64,000 nucleotides of DNA from Balanoglossus misakiensis (lineage: Eukaryota > Animalia > Hemichordata). The stretch covers positions 1,010,247 through 1,074,246 of the forward strand of contig CM082594.2 of NCBI GenBank assembly GCA_040954595.2, written 5' to 3'. Positions 1 to 13,994 of this stretch are shown here, in pieces. Within the stretch, counting starts at the first letter, position 1, and each line of letters begins with the position of its first letter. Both the position numbers and the translations under genes were made by a program. The notes under the pieces are model-generated. The model saw only the letters and a program-made list of their open reading frames with translations, had not been told where the DNA came from and ran no database searches.

Positions 1-534
1 CATGTATGTCCGCGTCCGTTTGTCATTTTAACGATGTTCGTAGAGTTGTCTTTCCATGGTTCAGGTCCTAAATAGTCTCAATCCCGACTGGCGTGTTTTT
101 CGCTAGCACGTTTGTCCGGATTCCAGACTGGGTCCTATATATACAACGGTATTGTCTCAAGCCCGTCGCTCCATGTAATGTATCTCCATGGTTTATTTCG
201 GAAAGCCAAAACATTTTTCTCGGAGAGCATCTTTTAAAAAACGGAGTGTCTATTGACAGGCGCGTGTCAATACCCAGTGCGTAGGTGGCCGGCTATTGAC
301 ACGCGAGGACTTTATTCTCAAATAATTGCCGATTTTTGAAAACCAAAGCACATATCACATAGTCCATTAAATGATTCGTCTTTTCTTCCCCGAAAATGAG
401 ATGAAACGAAGTGCAAAATTCCGAAAGTCAAAGCGTATGTCATAGTTCTTCCACCCGTTCTACGCGTGTACGCCTAGCGCCTGCCGATTCTAAGCTTATA
501 TCCTGACCGTGACACGGGAGAATTAAATTTTTTT

Positions 535-1261
535 TACCGCTAATTTTCACATGCCCCCCTTCCGAACTGCCAATATTTTCAAATCCCCCCCTTCCGAACT
601 GCCAAAATTTTGAAATCCCCCCCCCCCATTTTTTTTCACAAAGCAAAACACATCACCTATCTATCTTGTAAAAAGAAAAAACAGCGCTCCCATGAAAAGA
701 ATTTGAAACTGATGTTTCCCCTCATCAGTGGGTATTAAAACTGAACATTGTTTTTATTTTTTAAGTACACATATTTGTATTCTGTGTTGGGAGACATTGT
801 AAACCGAGAATTGAAGGGGGTGGGTTTTTTCTAAAAAAATTATAAAATACAGAGCTCAAAGCTGCATTTTAATGAACCCGGCAAAAGCAAATTAACTCAA
901 CTACCGGTATGTTGGGGAGGACAAATTTAACCGTCGGCGCTCAATGTCATCATGGAGTGGGGCAAGTCCCTTGACCTGGGACACTAGATAAACCAGTCAA
1001 TGATTGAAAGGTGTTGATGAATGGAGGGGGTGGGTGTAGGAGGGGGTGTCCCCCTCCCACATTAGAAAATTTTGTAAAATAAAGGGCGCGAAACTGCATT
1101 TTTGTGGACTCAAAATAAATATTTAGTCGTTAAAGTTTTCAAGTCCCCCCCTTTCAGTCCCTAAATTATTTCAAATCCCCCCTTACATAACCTCAATTTT
1201 TTCAAATCCCCCCCCTCAATTCTCCTGCCCCCCCCCTCCAGAGGTGTTTGTGAATGCAGCC
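535..1261. mobile_element. Partial PIF/Harbinger-like MITE (C/G-run rich)
   Basis: Ends in ...GAGGTGTTTGTGAATGCAGCC followed by TAA. Its internal block (~1030-1110, ggggtgtccccctcccacattagaaaattttgtaaaataaaggg) matches the MITE copy at 23830-23910. Left end not identified. Confidence 0.5.
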
Positions 1262-1829
1262 TAAGCTAAATTTCTAGTTGCTTGCAACTTACGTAGGCAT
1301 ACGTGTATGTCTATAAACGTTCGTGACCTTTTTATTTTGCTAAAACTCACACACAACTCGTGAAAAAGTTCATATTTTAGCTAGGACTATACTGTTTTTG
1401 TGTTTGTTTTTTTTGCCGGCGGGGGCATTGCTGTACCAAAACATGCATGCTACACGTTTTATCCGATTAACGAGGGTTATTTAGAAATGTTTCCGAGCGA
1501 TTCCCCGTGCGTATAAGCTAAGATCCGTTGTTCTGATTGGCGTCGGTTATCAGACGAAACCGTCTCATTTCTGCTGAACGGAAATGCGGCATATAAGCGG
1601 ACGGTTCTGTGAAGGTCACGCAAGACGGTTACATAACGGGAAACCTGTGTGACCGCAACATAAACGGCACAGTTAGGTCTGACTTAAACGCAACTTTTCA
1701 TGCAGTGCGTTTCAAACACCGAAGTTAGTTGGGGGCACGGCCTGCAGTACTGCCGGGTAAGCTGACATCGGCGTACCGCATATAATGTAGGGGGGTAGGG
1801 GGAACAGAACGGTTCAATACTACATTTAT

Positions 1830-2872
1830 TAGATATCAGCTAATTTTGGACAATCATCTAAAATCTAAATCATTTTTTTATATTTGGATATCTGATAATG
1901 TATGAAATTTCCATTATATGTAAAAATGGTGCTGATTATAAAAAAATGCACTCTGAATGAGCTGATTTAATACAAAATTGCGTTTTATTCGTTTTTGCAC
2001 AAAAAAGGGCATTTTTAGGAAAAACATTCTTTATTGTTTTAATTCGGTGACCTGATCATATATAAACAATTGCTTGTATGTTAAAAGTGTTTATGACTCT
2101 TAAAAGCAGTGACACTGGCGGCATTCAACACGAAAATAACAATTTTAGCCACATTTTGGTCAAAAATGGTAAATTTTTGAAAATTACGAAAAATAACTGT
2201 TTTCTACATTTTCGGTAATCTGATGGAGTATAGAATGCTCTTCGTATGTATATATCAATACAATTTCCACAAAAGACCGTCTAATTTGGCTCACTGCAGA
2301 CAAAATTGCGTTTTAACAAATTTTCCTTGAAAATGTCATTTTTAGAAAAAAAAAATAAAAAAACCTTTGTTCTTCGAATTTGGTGCCCTGATCATATATG
2401 ACATGTTGATTGTATGTTAAAAACCCGTACCACTCCAAAAATGCAGAGATATTGACGGAATTCAAGAAAAAATAGCCATTTTGGCCATATTTTGACAAAA
2501 ATGGTAAATTTTTAAAAAAATCATAAAAAATTAACTCTTTTCTTCATTTTCGGAAATATTATGGAGCATGAAGTGTCGTTCTCTTGTAAAAAGTGCTGCA
2601 AAATCCAGAAAAGGCGGTATAATTTGAATCACCCAAGACAAAATTACCATTTTCGACTTTTTTTCGAAAAATTGTCTTTTTTACAAAAAAAATAAGAATA
2701 AATTCTTTTCTTAGTTTCAAACGGGTAGAGATACTTTCCACACGGGTTTTCTAACATTGAATTCCCGTTCATCAACTCAGATTTCCTACAGCATAAGTCG
2801 GCTAAAACCTTGACACTCTAGAGCGGAAACAGTTGCACACTGGTAACGTTGAACAAGTCGATTTTTCTACGG
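1830..2872. repeat. Degenerate ~300-bp AT-rich repeats, probably the subterminal region of a DNA transposon
   Basis: Recurring motifs: tgatcatatat (~2053, ~2389), caaaaatggtaaattttt (~2161, ~2496), cattttcgg (~2207, ~2546). Confidence 0.35.
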
Positions 2873-3007
2873 CCTGGCTCGGTTAAATCTCCGTCACATT
2901 AGTCCTGTTTCAAAATGACCTACATTACACGTCCTATACACATGTATTACATGTTCTGATTGGTTTATCCGCTTCTCTAAGGTCCACTTGCGGCACGCTG
3001 ATTGGAG

Positions 3008-3216
3008 GGACCTTGTAGGTTAGGTCTTATTACTATGCATTATTCACTTTACAGCTCCCTGATTGGTTAACGTGTCAGTCTGGTCCCCCGTGTGTTCACT
3101 GCCTCATTATACAGGACCTTGTAGGTTAGGTCTTATTAATATGTATTTATTCACCATACAGCTCCCTGATTGGTTAATGTGTCAGTCTGGTCCCCCATGT
3201 GTTCACTGCCTCATTA
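3008..3216 (+). repeat. Two tandem copies of a ~107-bp unit abutting the satellite
   Basis: ggaccttgtaggttaggtcttatt...gttcactgcctcatta occurs at ~3008 and ~3115. Confidence 0.85.
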
Positions 3217-6200
3217 ACCAGGCCAGGGTGGCCAGTGTCGTGCCCATTATTTTTGAGTGTTTGGTGGGGTCAACCTTTGCGTCAACCTTAACCAGGCCAG
3301 GGTGGCCAGTGTCGTGCCCATTAATTTTGAGTGTTTGGTGGGGTCAACCTTTGCGTCAACCTTAACAAGGCCAGGGTGGCCAGTGTCCTTCCCATTAATT
3401 TTGAGTGTTTGGTGGGGTCTACCTTTGCGTCAACCTTAACCGGGCAAGAGTGGCCAGTGTCATGCCCATTAATTTTGAGTGTTTCGTGGGGTCAACCTTT
3501 GCGTCAACCTTTACCGTGCCAGAGTGGCCAGTGTCGTGCCAATTAATTTTGAGTGTTTGGTGGGCCGGGTCAACCTTTGCGTCAACCTTAACCCGGCCAG
3601 AGTGGCCACAGTGTCGTGCCCATTAATTTTGAGAGTTTGGTGGGGTCAACCTTTGCGTCAACCTTAACCAGGCCAGGGTGGCCAGTGTCATGCCCATTAA
3701 TTTTGAGTGTTTGGTGGGGTCAACCTTTGCGTCAACCTTAACCAGGCCAGGGTGGCCAGTGTCGTGCCCATTAATTTTGAGTGTTTGGTGGGGTCAACCA
3801 TTGCGTCAACATTAATTAACCAAGCCAGGGTGGCCAGTGTCGTGCCCATTAATTTTGAGTGTTTGGTGGGGTCAACCTTTGCATCAACCTTAACCAGGCC
3901 AAAGTAGCCAGTGTCGTGCCCATTAATTTTGAGTGTTTGGTGGGGTCAACCTTTCCGTCAACCTTAACCAGGCCAGAGTGGCCAGTGTCGTGCCCATTAA
4001 TTTTGAGTGTTTGGTGGGGTCAACCTTTCCGTCAACCTTAACCAGGCCAGAGTGGCCAGTGTCGTGCCCATTAATTTTGAGTGTTTGGTGGGGTCACCCT
4101 TTGCGTCAACCTTAACCAGGCCAGAGTGGCCAGTGTCGTGCCCTTTAATTTTGAGTGTTTGGTGGGGTCAACCTTTGCGTCAACATTAATTAACCAGGCC
4201 AGAGTGGCCAGTGTCGTGCCCATTAATTTTGAGTGTTTGGTGGGGTCAACCTTTGCGTCAACATTAATTAACCAGGCCAGAGTGGCCAGTGTCGTGTCCA
4301 TTAATTTTGAGTGTTTGGTGGGGTCAACCTTTGCGTCAACCTTGATTAACCAGGCCAGAGTGGCCAGTGTCGTGCCCATTAATTTTGAGTGTTTGGTGGG
4401 GTCAACCTTTGCGTCAACATTGATTAGCCAGGCCAGAGTGGCCAGTGTCGTGCCCATTAATTTTGAGTGTTTGGTGGGGTCAACCTTTGCGTCAACATTG
4501 ATTAGCAAGGCCAGAGTGGCCAGTGTCGTGCCCATTAATTTTGAGTGTTTGGTGGGGTCAACCTTTGCGTCAACCTTGATTAACCAGGCCAGAGTGGCCA
4601 GTGTCGTGCCCATTCATTTTGAGTGTTTGGTGGGGTCAACCTTTGCGTCAACCTTGATTAACCAGGCCAGAGTGGCCAGTGTCATGCCCATTAATTTTGA
4701 GTGTTTGGTGGGGTCAACCTTTGCGTCAACATTGATTAGCCAGGCCAGAGTGGCCAGTGTCGTGCCCATTAATTTTGAGTGTTTGGTGGGGTCAACCTTT
4801 GCGTCAACATTGATTAGCCAGGCCAGAGTGGCCAGTGTCGTGCCCATTAATTATGAGTGTTTGGTGGGGTCAACCTTTGCGTCAACCTTAACCAGGCCAG
4901 GGTGGCCAGTGTCGTGCCCATTATTTTTGAGTGTTTGGTGGGGTCAACCTTTGCGTCAACCTTAACCAGGCCAGGGTGGCCAGTGTCGTGCCCATTAATT
5001 TTGAGTGTTTGGTGGGGTCAACCTTTGCGTCAACCTTAACAAGGCCAGGGTGGCCATTGTCGTGCCCATTAATTTTGAGTGTTTGGTGGGGTCAACCTTT
5101 TCGTCAACCTTAACCAGGCCAGGGTGGCCAGTGTCGTGCCCATTAATTTTGAGTGTTTGGTGGGGTCAACCTTTGCGTCAACCTTAACCAGGCCAGAGTG
5201 GCCAGTGTCGTGCCCATTAATTTTGAGTGTTTGGTGGGGTCAACCTTTGCGTCAACCTTAACCAGGCCAGAGTGGCCAGTGTCGTGCCCATTAATTTTGA
5301 GTGTTTGGTGGGGTCAACCTTTGCGTCAACCCTAACCAGGCCAGAGTGGCCAGTGTCGTGCCCTTTAATTTTGAGTGATTGGTGGGGTCAACCTTGGCCA
5401 GTGTTGTGCCCATTAATTTTGAGTGTTTGGGGGGTCAACCTTTGCGTCAACATTAATTAACCAGGCCAGAGTGGCCAGTGTCGTGCCCATTAATTTTGAG
5501 TGTTTGGTGGGGTCAACCTTTGCGTCAACCTTGATTAGCCAGGCCAGAGTGGCCAGTGTCGTGCCCATTAATTTTGAGTGTTTGGTGGGGTCAACCTTTG
5601 CGTCAACATTGATTAACCAGGCCAGAGCTAGTGGCCAGTGTCGCGCCCATTAATTTTGAGTGTTTGGTGGGGTCAACCTTTGCGTCAACATTGATTAGCC
5701 AGGCCAGAGCTAGTGGCCAGTGTCGCGCCCATTAATTTTGAGTGTTTGGTGGGGTCAACCTTTGCGTCAACATTGATTAGCCAGGCCAGAGCTAGTGGCC
5801 AGTGTCGCGCCCATTAATTTTGAGTGTTTGGTGGGGTCAACCTTTGCGTCAACATTGATTAGCCAGGCCAGAGCTAGTGGCCAGTGTCGCGCCCATTAAT
5901 TTTGAGTGTTTGGTGGGGTCAACCTTTGCGTCAACCCTAACCAGGCCAGAGTGGCCAGTGTCGTGCCCTTTAATTTTGAGTGATTGGTGGGGTCAACCTT
6001 GGCCAGTGTCGTGCCCATTAATTTTGAGTGTTTGGTGGGGTCAACCTTTGCGTCAAAATTAATTAACCAGGCCAGAGTGGCCAGTGTCGAGCCCATTAAT
6101 ATTGAGTGTTTGGTGGGGTCAACCTTTGCGTCAACCTTGATTAGCCAGGCCAGAGTGGCCAGTGTCGTGCCCATTAATTTTGAGTGTTTGGTGGGGTCAA

Positions 6201-9200
6201 CCTTTGCGTCAACATTGATTAGCCAGGCCAGAGTGGCCAGTGTCGCGCCCATTAATTTTGAGTGTTTGGTGGGGTCAACCTTTGCGTCAACATTGATTAG
6301 CCAGGCCAGAGCTAGTGGCCAGTGTCGCGCCCATTAATTTTGAGTGTTTGGTGGGGTCAACCTTTGCGTCAACATTGATTAGCCAGGCCAGAGCTAGTGG
6401 CCAGTGTCGCGCCCATTAATTTTGAGTGTTTGGTGGGGTCAACCTTTGCGTCAACATTGATTAGCCAGGCCAGAGCTAGTGGCCAGTGTCGCGCCCATTA
6501 ATTTTGAGTGTTTGGTGGGGTCAACCTTTGCGTCAACATTGATTAGCCAGGCCAGAGCTAGTGGCCAGTGTCGCGCCCATTAATTTTGAGTGTTTGGTGG
6601 GGTCAACCTTTGCGTCAACCTTGATTAGCCAGGCCAGAGTGGCCAGTGTCGTGCCCATTAATTTTGAGTGTTTGGTGGGGTCAACCTTTGCGTCAACATT
6701 GATTAGCCAGGCCAGAGTGGCCAGTGTCGCGCCCATTAATTTTGAGTGTTTGGTGGGGTCAACCTTTGCGTCAACATTGATTAGCCAGGCCAGAGCTAGT
6801 GGCCAGTGTCGCGCCCATTAATTTTGAGTGTTTGGTGGGGTCAACCTTTGCGTCAACATTGATTAGCCAAGCCAGAGCTAGTGGCCAGTGTCGCGCCCAT
6901 AAATTTTGAGTGTTTGGTGGGGTCAACCTTTGCGTCAACATTGATTAGCCAGGCCAGAGCTAGTGGCCAGTGTCGCGCCCATTAATTTTGAGTGTTTGGT
7001 GGGGTCAACCTTTGCGTCAACATTGATTAGCCAGGCCAGAGCTAGTGGCCAGTGTCGCGCCCATTAATTTTGAGTGTTTGGTGGGGTCAACCTTTGCGTC
7101 AACATTGATTAGCCAGGCCAGAGCTAGTGGCCAGTGTCGCGCCCATTAATTTTGAGTGTTTGGTGGGGTCAACCTTTGCGTCAACATTGATTAGCCAGGC
7201 CAGAGCTAGTGGCCAGTGTCGCGCCCATTAATTTTGAGTGTTTGGTGGGGTCAACCTTTGCGTCAACATTGATTAGCCAGGCCAGAGCTAGTGGCCAGTG
7301 TCGCGCCCATTAATTTTGAGTGTTTGGTGGGGTCAACCTTTGCGTCAACATTGATTAGCCAGGCCAGAGCTAGTGGCCAGTGTCGCGCCCATTAGTTTTG
7401 AGTGTTTGGTGGGGTCAACCTTTGCGTCAACATTGATTAGCCAGGCCAGAGCTAGTGGCCAGTGTCGCGCCCATTAATTTTGAGTGTTTGGTGGGGTCAA
7501 CCTTTGCGTCAACATTGATTAGCCAGGCCAGAGCTAGTGGCCAGTGTCGCGCCCATTAATTTTGAGTGTTTGGTGGGGTCAACCTTTGCGTCAACATTGA
7601 TTAGCCAGGCAATGGCTAGTGGCCAGTGTCGCGCCCATTAATTTTGAGTGTTTGGTGGGGTCAACCTTTGCGTCAACATTGATTAGCCAGGCCAGAGCTA
7701 GTGGCCAGTGTCGTGCCCATTAATTTTGAGTGGTTGGTGGGGTCAACCTTTGCGTCAACCCTAACCAGACCAGAGTGGCCAGTGTCGTGCCCTTTAATTT
7801 TGAGTGTTTGGTGGGGTCAACCTTGGCCAGTGTCGCGCCCATCAATTTTGAGTGTTTGGTGGGGTCAACCTTTGCGTCAACATTGATTAGCCAGGCCAGA
7901 GCTAGTGGCCAGTGTCGCGCCCATTAATTTTGAGTGTTTGTTGGGGTCAACCTTTGCGTCAACATTGATTAACCAGGCCAGGCCAGAGCTAGTGGCCAGT
8001 GTCGCGCCCATTAATTTTGAGTGTTTGGTGGGGTCAACCTTTGCGTCAACATTGATTAGCCAGGCCAGAGCTAGTGGCCAGTGTCGCGCCCATTAATTTT
8101 GAGTGTTTGGTGGGGTCAACCTTTGCGTCAACATTGATTAACCAGGCCAGGCCAGAGCTAGTGGCCAGTGTCGCGCCCATTAATTTTGAGTGTTTGGTGG
8201 GGTCAACCTTTGCGTCAACATTGATTAGCCAGGCCAGAGCTAGTGGCCAGTGTCGCGCCCATTAATTTTGAGTGTTTGGTGGGGTCAACCTTTGCGTCAA
8301 CATTGATTAGCCAGGCCAGAGCTAGTGGCCAGTGTCGCGCCCATTAATTTTGAGTGTTTGGTGGGGTCAACCTTTGCGTCAACATTGATTAGCCAGGCCA
8401 GAGCTAGTGGCCAGTGTCGCGCCCATTAATTTTGAGTGTTTGGTGGGGTCAACCTTTGCGTCAACATTGATTAGCCAGGCCAGAGCTAGTGGCCAGTGTC
8501 GCGCCCATTAATTTTGAGTGTTTGGTGGGGTCAACCTTTGCGTCAACATTGATTAGCCAGGCCAGAGCTAGTGGCCAGTGTCGCGCCCATTAGTTTTGAG
8601 TGTTTGGTGGGGTCAACCTTTGCGTCAACATTGATTAGCCAGGCCAGAGCTAGTGGCCAGTGTCGCGCCCATTAATTTTGAGTGTTTGGTGGGGTCAACC
8701 TTTGCGTCAACATTGATTAGCCAGGCCAGAGCTAGTGGCCAGTGTCGCGCCCATTAATTTTGAGTGTTTGGTGGGGTCAACCTTTGCGTCAACATTGATT
8801 AGCCAGGCAATGGCTAGTGGCCAGTGTCGCGCCCATTAATTTTGAGTGTTTGGTGGGGTCAACCTTTGCGTCAACATTGATTAGCCAGGCCAGAGCTAGT
8901 GGCCAGTGTCGTGCCCATTAATTTTGAGTGGTTGGTGGGGTCAACCTTTGCGTCAACCCTAACCAGACCAGAGTGGCCAGTGTCGTGCCCTTTAATTTTG
9001 AGTGTTTGGTGGGGTCAACCTTGGCCAGTGTCGCGCCCATCAATTTTGAGTGTTTGGTGGGGTCAACCTTTGCGTCAACATTGATTAGCCAGGCCAGAGC
9101 TAGTGGCCAGTGTCGCGCCCATTAATTTTGAGTGTTTGTTGGGGTCAACCTTTGCGTCAACATTGATTAACCAGGCCAGGCCAGAGCTAGTGGCCAGTGT

Positions 9201-12200
9201 CGCGCCCATTAATTTTGAGTGTTTGGTGGGGTCAACCTTTGCGTCAACATTGATTAGCCAGGCCAGAGCTAGTGGCCAGTGTCGCGCCCATTAATTTTGA
9301 GTGTTTGGTGGGGTCAACCTTTGCGTCAACATTGATTAACCAGGCCAGGCCAGAGCTAGTGGCCAGTGTCGCGCCCATTAATTTTGAGTGTTTGGTGGGG
9401 TCAACCTTTGCGTCAACATTGATTAGCCAGGCCAGAGCTAGTGGCCAGTGTCGCGCCCATTAGTTTTGAGTGTTTGGTGGGGTCAACCTTTGCGTCAACA
9501 TTGATTAGCCAGGCCAGAGCTAGTGGCCAGTGTCGCGCCCATTAATTTTGAGTGTTTGGTGGGGTCAACCTTTGCGTCAACATTGATTAGCCAGGCCAGA
9601 GCTAGTGGCCAGTGTCGCGCCCATTAATTTTGAGTGTTTGGTGGGGTCAACCTTTGCGTCAACATTGATTAGCCAGGCCAGAGCTAGTGGCCAGTGTCGC
9701 GCCCATTAATTTTGAGTGTTTGGTGGGGTCAACCTTTCGTCAACATTGATTAGCCAGGCAATGGCTAGTGGCCAGTGTCGCGCCCATTAATTTTGAGTGT
9801 TTGGTGGGGTCAACCTTTGCGTCAACATTGATTAGCCAGGCCAGAGCTAGTGGCCAGTGTCGTGCCCATTAATTTTGAGTGTTTGGTGGGGTCAACCTTT
9901 GCGTCAACATTGATTAGCCAGGCCAGAGCTAGTGGCCAGTGTCGTGCCCATTAATTTTGAGTGGTTGGTGGGGTCAACCTTTGCGTCAACCCTAACCAGA
10001 CCAGAGTGGCCAGTGTCGTGCCCTTTAATTTTGAGTGTTTGGTGGGGTCAACCTTGGCCAGTGTCGCGCCCATCAATTTTGAGTGTTTGGTGGGGTCAAC
10101 CTTTGCGTCAACATTGATTAGCCAGGCCAGAGCTAGTGGCCAGTGTCGCGCCCATTAATTTTGAGTGTTTGGTGGGGTCAACCTTTGCGTCAACATTGAT
10201 TAACCAGGCCAGGCCAGAGCTAGTGGCCAGTGTCGCGCCCATCAATTTTGAGTGTTTGGTGGGGTCAACCTTTGCGTCAACATTGATTAGCCAGGCCAGA
10301 GCTAGTGGCCAGTGTCACGCCCATTAATTTTGAGTGTTTGGTGGGGTCAACCTTTGCGTCAACATTGATTAACCAGGCCAGGCCAGAGCTAGTGGCCAGT
10401 GTCGCGCCCATTAATTTTGAGTGTTTGGTGGGGTCAACCTTTGCGTCAACATTGATTAGCCAGGCCAGAGCTAGTGGCCAGTGTCGCGCCCATTAGTTTT
10501 GAGTGTTTGGTGGGGTCAACCTTTGCGTCAACATTGATTAGCCAGGCCAGAGCTAGTAGCCAGTGTCGCGCCCATTAATTTTGAGTGTTTGGTGGGGTCA
10601 ACCTTTGCGTCAACATTGATTAGCCAGGCCAGAGCTAGTGGCCAGTGTCGCGCCCATTAATTTTGAGTGTTTGGTGGGGTCAACCTTTGCGTCAACATTG
10701 ATTAGCCAGGCCAGAGCTAGTGGCCAGTGTCGCGCCCATTAATTTTGAGTGTTTGGTGGGGTCAACCTTTCGTCAACATTGATTAGCCAGGCAATGGCTA
10801 GTGGCCAGTGTCGCGCCCATTAATTTTGAGTGTTTGGTGGGGTCAACCTTTGCGTCAACATTGATTAGCCAGGCCAGAGCTAGTGGCCAGTGTCGTGCCC
10901 ATTAATTTTGAGTGTTTGGTAGGGTCAACCTTTGCGTCAACCCTAACCAGACCAGAGTGGCCAGTGTCGTGCCCTTTAATTTTGAGTGTTTGGTGGGGTC
11001 AACCTTGGCCAGTGTCGCGCCCATCAATTTTGAGTGTTTGGTGGGGTCAACCTTTGCGTCAACATTGATTAGCCAGGCCAGAGCTAGTGGCCAGTGTCGC
11101 GCCCATTAATTTCGAGTGTTTGGTGGGGTCAACCTTTGCGTCAACATTGATTAACCAGGCCAGGCCAGAGCTAGTGGCCAGTGTCGCGCCCATCAATTTT
11201 GAGTGTTTGGTGGGGTCAACCCTTGCGTCAACCTTGATTAGCCTGGCCAGAGCTAGTGGCCAGTGTCGCGCCCATCAATTTTGAGTGTTTGGTGGGGTCA
11301 ACCTTTGCGTCAACATTGATTAACCAGGCCAGGCCAGAGCTAGTGGCCAGTGTCGTGCCCATTAGTTTTGAGTGTTTGGTGGGGTCAACCTTTGCGTCAA
11401 CATTGATTAGCCAGGCCAGAGCTAGTGGCCAGTGTCGCGCCCATTAGTTTTGAGTGTTTGGTGGGGTCAACCTTTGCGTCAACATTGATTAGCCAGGCCA
11501 GAGCTAGTGGCCAGTGTCGCGCCCATCAATTTTGAGTGTTTGGTGGGGTCAACCCTTGCGTCAACATTGATTAGCCAGGCCAGAGCTAGTGGCCAATGTC
11601 GTGCCCATCAATTTTGAGTGTTTGGTGGGGTCAACCCTTGCGTCAACCTTGATTAGCCTGGCCAGAGCTAGTGGCCTGTGTCGTGCCCATCAATTTTGAG
11701 TGTTTGGTGGGGTCAACCTTTGCGTCAACATTGATTAATCAGGCCAGGCCAGAGCTAGTGGCCAGTGTCGCGCCCATCAATTTTGAGTGTTTGGTGGGGT
11801 CAACCCTTGCGTCAACATTGATTAGCCAGGCCAGAGCTAGTGGCCAATGTCGTGCCCATCAATTTTGAGTGTTTGGTGGGGTCAACCCTTGCGTCAACCT
11901 TGATTAGCCTGGCCAGAGCTAGTGGCCTGTGTCGTGCCCATCAATTTTGAGTGTTTGGTGGGGTCAACCTTTGCGTCAACATTGATTAATCAGGCCAGGC
12001 CAGAGCTAGTGGCCAGTGTCGCGCCCATCAATTTTGAGTGTTTGGTGGGGTCAACCTTTGCGTCAACATTGATTAGCCAGGCCAGAGCTAGTGGCCAGTG
12101 TCGCGCTCATTAATTTTGAGTGTTTGGTGGGGTCAACCTTTGCGTCAACATTGATTAGCCAGGCCAGAGCTAGTGGCCAGTGTCGCGCCCATTAATTTTG

Positions 12201-13994
12201 AGTGTTTGGTGGGGTCAACCTTTGCGTCAACATTGTTAAGCCAGGCCAGAGCTAGTGGCCAGTGTCGCGCCCATTAATTTTGAGCGTTTGGTGGGGTCAA
12301 CCTTTGCGTCAACATTGATTAGCCAGGCCAGAGCTAGTGGCCAGTGTCGCGCCCATCAATTTTGAGCGTTTGGTGGGGTCAACCTTTGCGTCAACATTGA
12401 TTAGCCAGGCCAGAGCTAGTGGCCAGTGTCGCGCCCATCATTTTTGAGCGTTTGGTGGGGTCAACCTTTGCGTCAACATTGATTAGCCAGGCCAGAGCTA
12501 GCGGCCAGTGTCGCGCCCATCAATTTTGAGTGTTTGGTGGGGTCAACCTTTGCGTCAACATTGATTAGCGAGGCCAGAGCTAACGGCCAGTGTCGCGCCC
12601 ATCAATTTTGAGTGTTTGGTGGGGTCAACCTTTGCGTCAACATTGATTAGCCAGGCCAGAGCTAGCGGCCAGTGTCGCGCCCATCAATTTTGAGTGTTTG
12701 GTGGGGTCAACCCTTGCGTCAACATTTATTAGCCAGGCCAGAGCTAGTGGCCAGTGTCGCGCCCATCAATTTTGAGTGTTTGGTGGGGTCAACCCTTGCG
12801 TCAACATTTATTAGCCAGGCCAGAGCTAGTGGCCAGTGTCGCGCCCATCAATTTTGAGTGTTTGGTGGGGTCAACCCTTGCGTCAACCTTGATTAGCCTG
12901 GCCAGAGCTAGTGGCCAGTGTCGCGCCCATCAATTTTGAGTGTTTGGTGGGGTCAACCCTTGCGTCAACCTTGATTAGCCTGGCCAGAGCTAGTGGCCAG
13001 TGTCGCGCCCATCAATTTTGAGTGTTTGGTGGGGTCAACCCTTGCGTCAACATTGATTAGCCAGGCCAGAACTAGTGGCCAGTGTCGCGCCCATCAATTT
13101 TGAGTGTTTGGTGGGGTCAACCCTTGCGTCAACCTTGATTAGCCTGGCCAGAGCTAGTGGCCTGTGTCGTGCCCATCAATTTTGAGTGTTTGGTGGGGTC
13201 AACCTTTGCGTCAACATTGATTAACCAGGCCAGGCCAGAGCTAGTGGCCAGTGTCGCGCCCATCAATTTTGAGTGTTTGGTGGGGTCAACCCTTGCGTCA
13301 ACATTGATTAGCCAGGCCAGAGCTAGTGGCCAGTGTCGCGCCCATCAATTTTGAGTGTTTGGTGGGGTCAACCCTTGCGTCAACCTTGATTAGCCTGGCC
13401 AGAGCTAGTGGCCAGTGTCGCGCCCATCAATTTTGAGTGTTTGGTGGGGTCAACCCTTGCGTCAACATTGATTAGCCAGGCCAGAACTAGTGGCCAGTGT
13501 CGTGTCCATCAATTTTGAGTGTTTGGTGGGGTCAACCCTTGCGTCAACCTTGATTAGCCTGGCCAGAGCTAGTGGCCTGTGTCGTGCCCATCAATTTTGA
13601 GTGTTTGGTGGGGTCAACCTTTGCGTCAACATTGATTAACCAGGCCAGGCCAGAGCTAGTGGCCAGTGTCGCGCCCATCAATTTTGAGTGTTTGGTGGGG
13701 TCAACCCTTGCGTCAACATTGATTAGCCAGGCCAGAGCTAGTGGCCAGTGTCGCGCCCATCAATTTTGAGTGTTTGGTGGGGTCAACCCTTGCGTCAACC
13801 TTGATTAGCCTGGCCAGAGCTAGTGGCCAGTGTCGTGCCCATTAATTTTTAGTGTTTGGTGGGGTCAACCTTTGCGTCAACATTGATTAACCAGGCCATG
13901 CAGAGCTAGTGGCCAGTGTCGTGCCCATTAATTTTGAGTGTTTGGTGGGGTCAACCTTTGCGTCAACATTGATTAACCAGGCCATGCAGAGCTA
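3214..13994 (+). repeat. Tandem satellite, roughly 135 units of 74/78/82/87 bp plus ~50-bp truncated units, with higher-order repeats
   Basis: Core unit ggccagtgtcgYgcccattaattttgagtgtttggtggggtcaacctttgcgtcaac. ORF-track periodicities are 74 (3257/3331/3405), 82 (12672/12754) and 169=82+87 (7905/8074). Confidence 0.98.

Noticed and set aside
1470-1708. Possible CACTG-type transposon end (...catgcagtg)
   Set aside because: No matching second terminus or TSD was found.
4071-4965. 294-aa and 180-aa repetitive ORFs, and the other satellite ORFs
   Set aside because: They arise because the 78-bp unit is divisible by 3, and they break wherever the unit is 74 or 82 bp.
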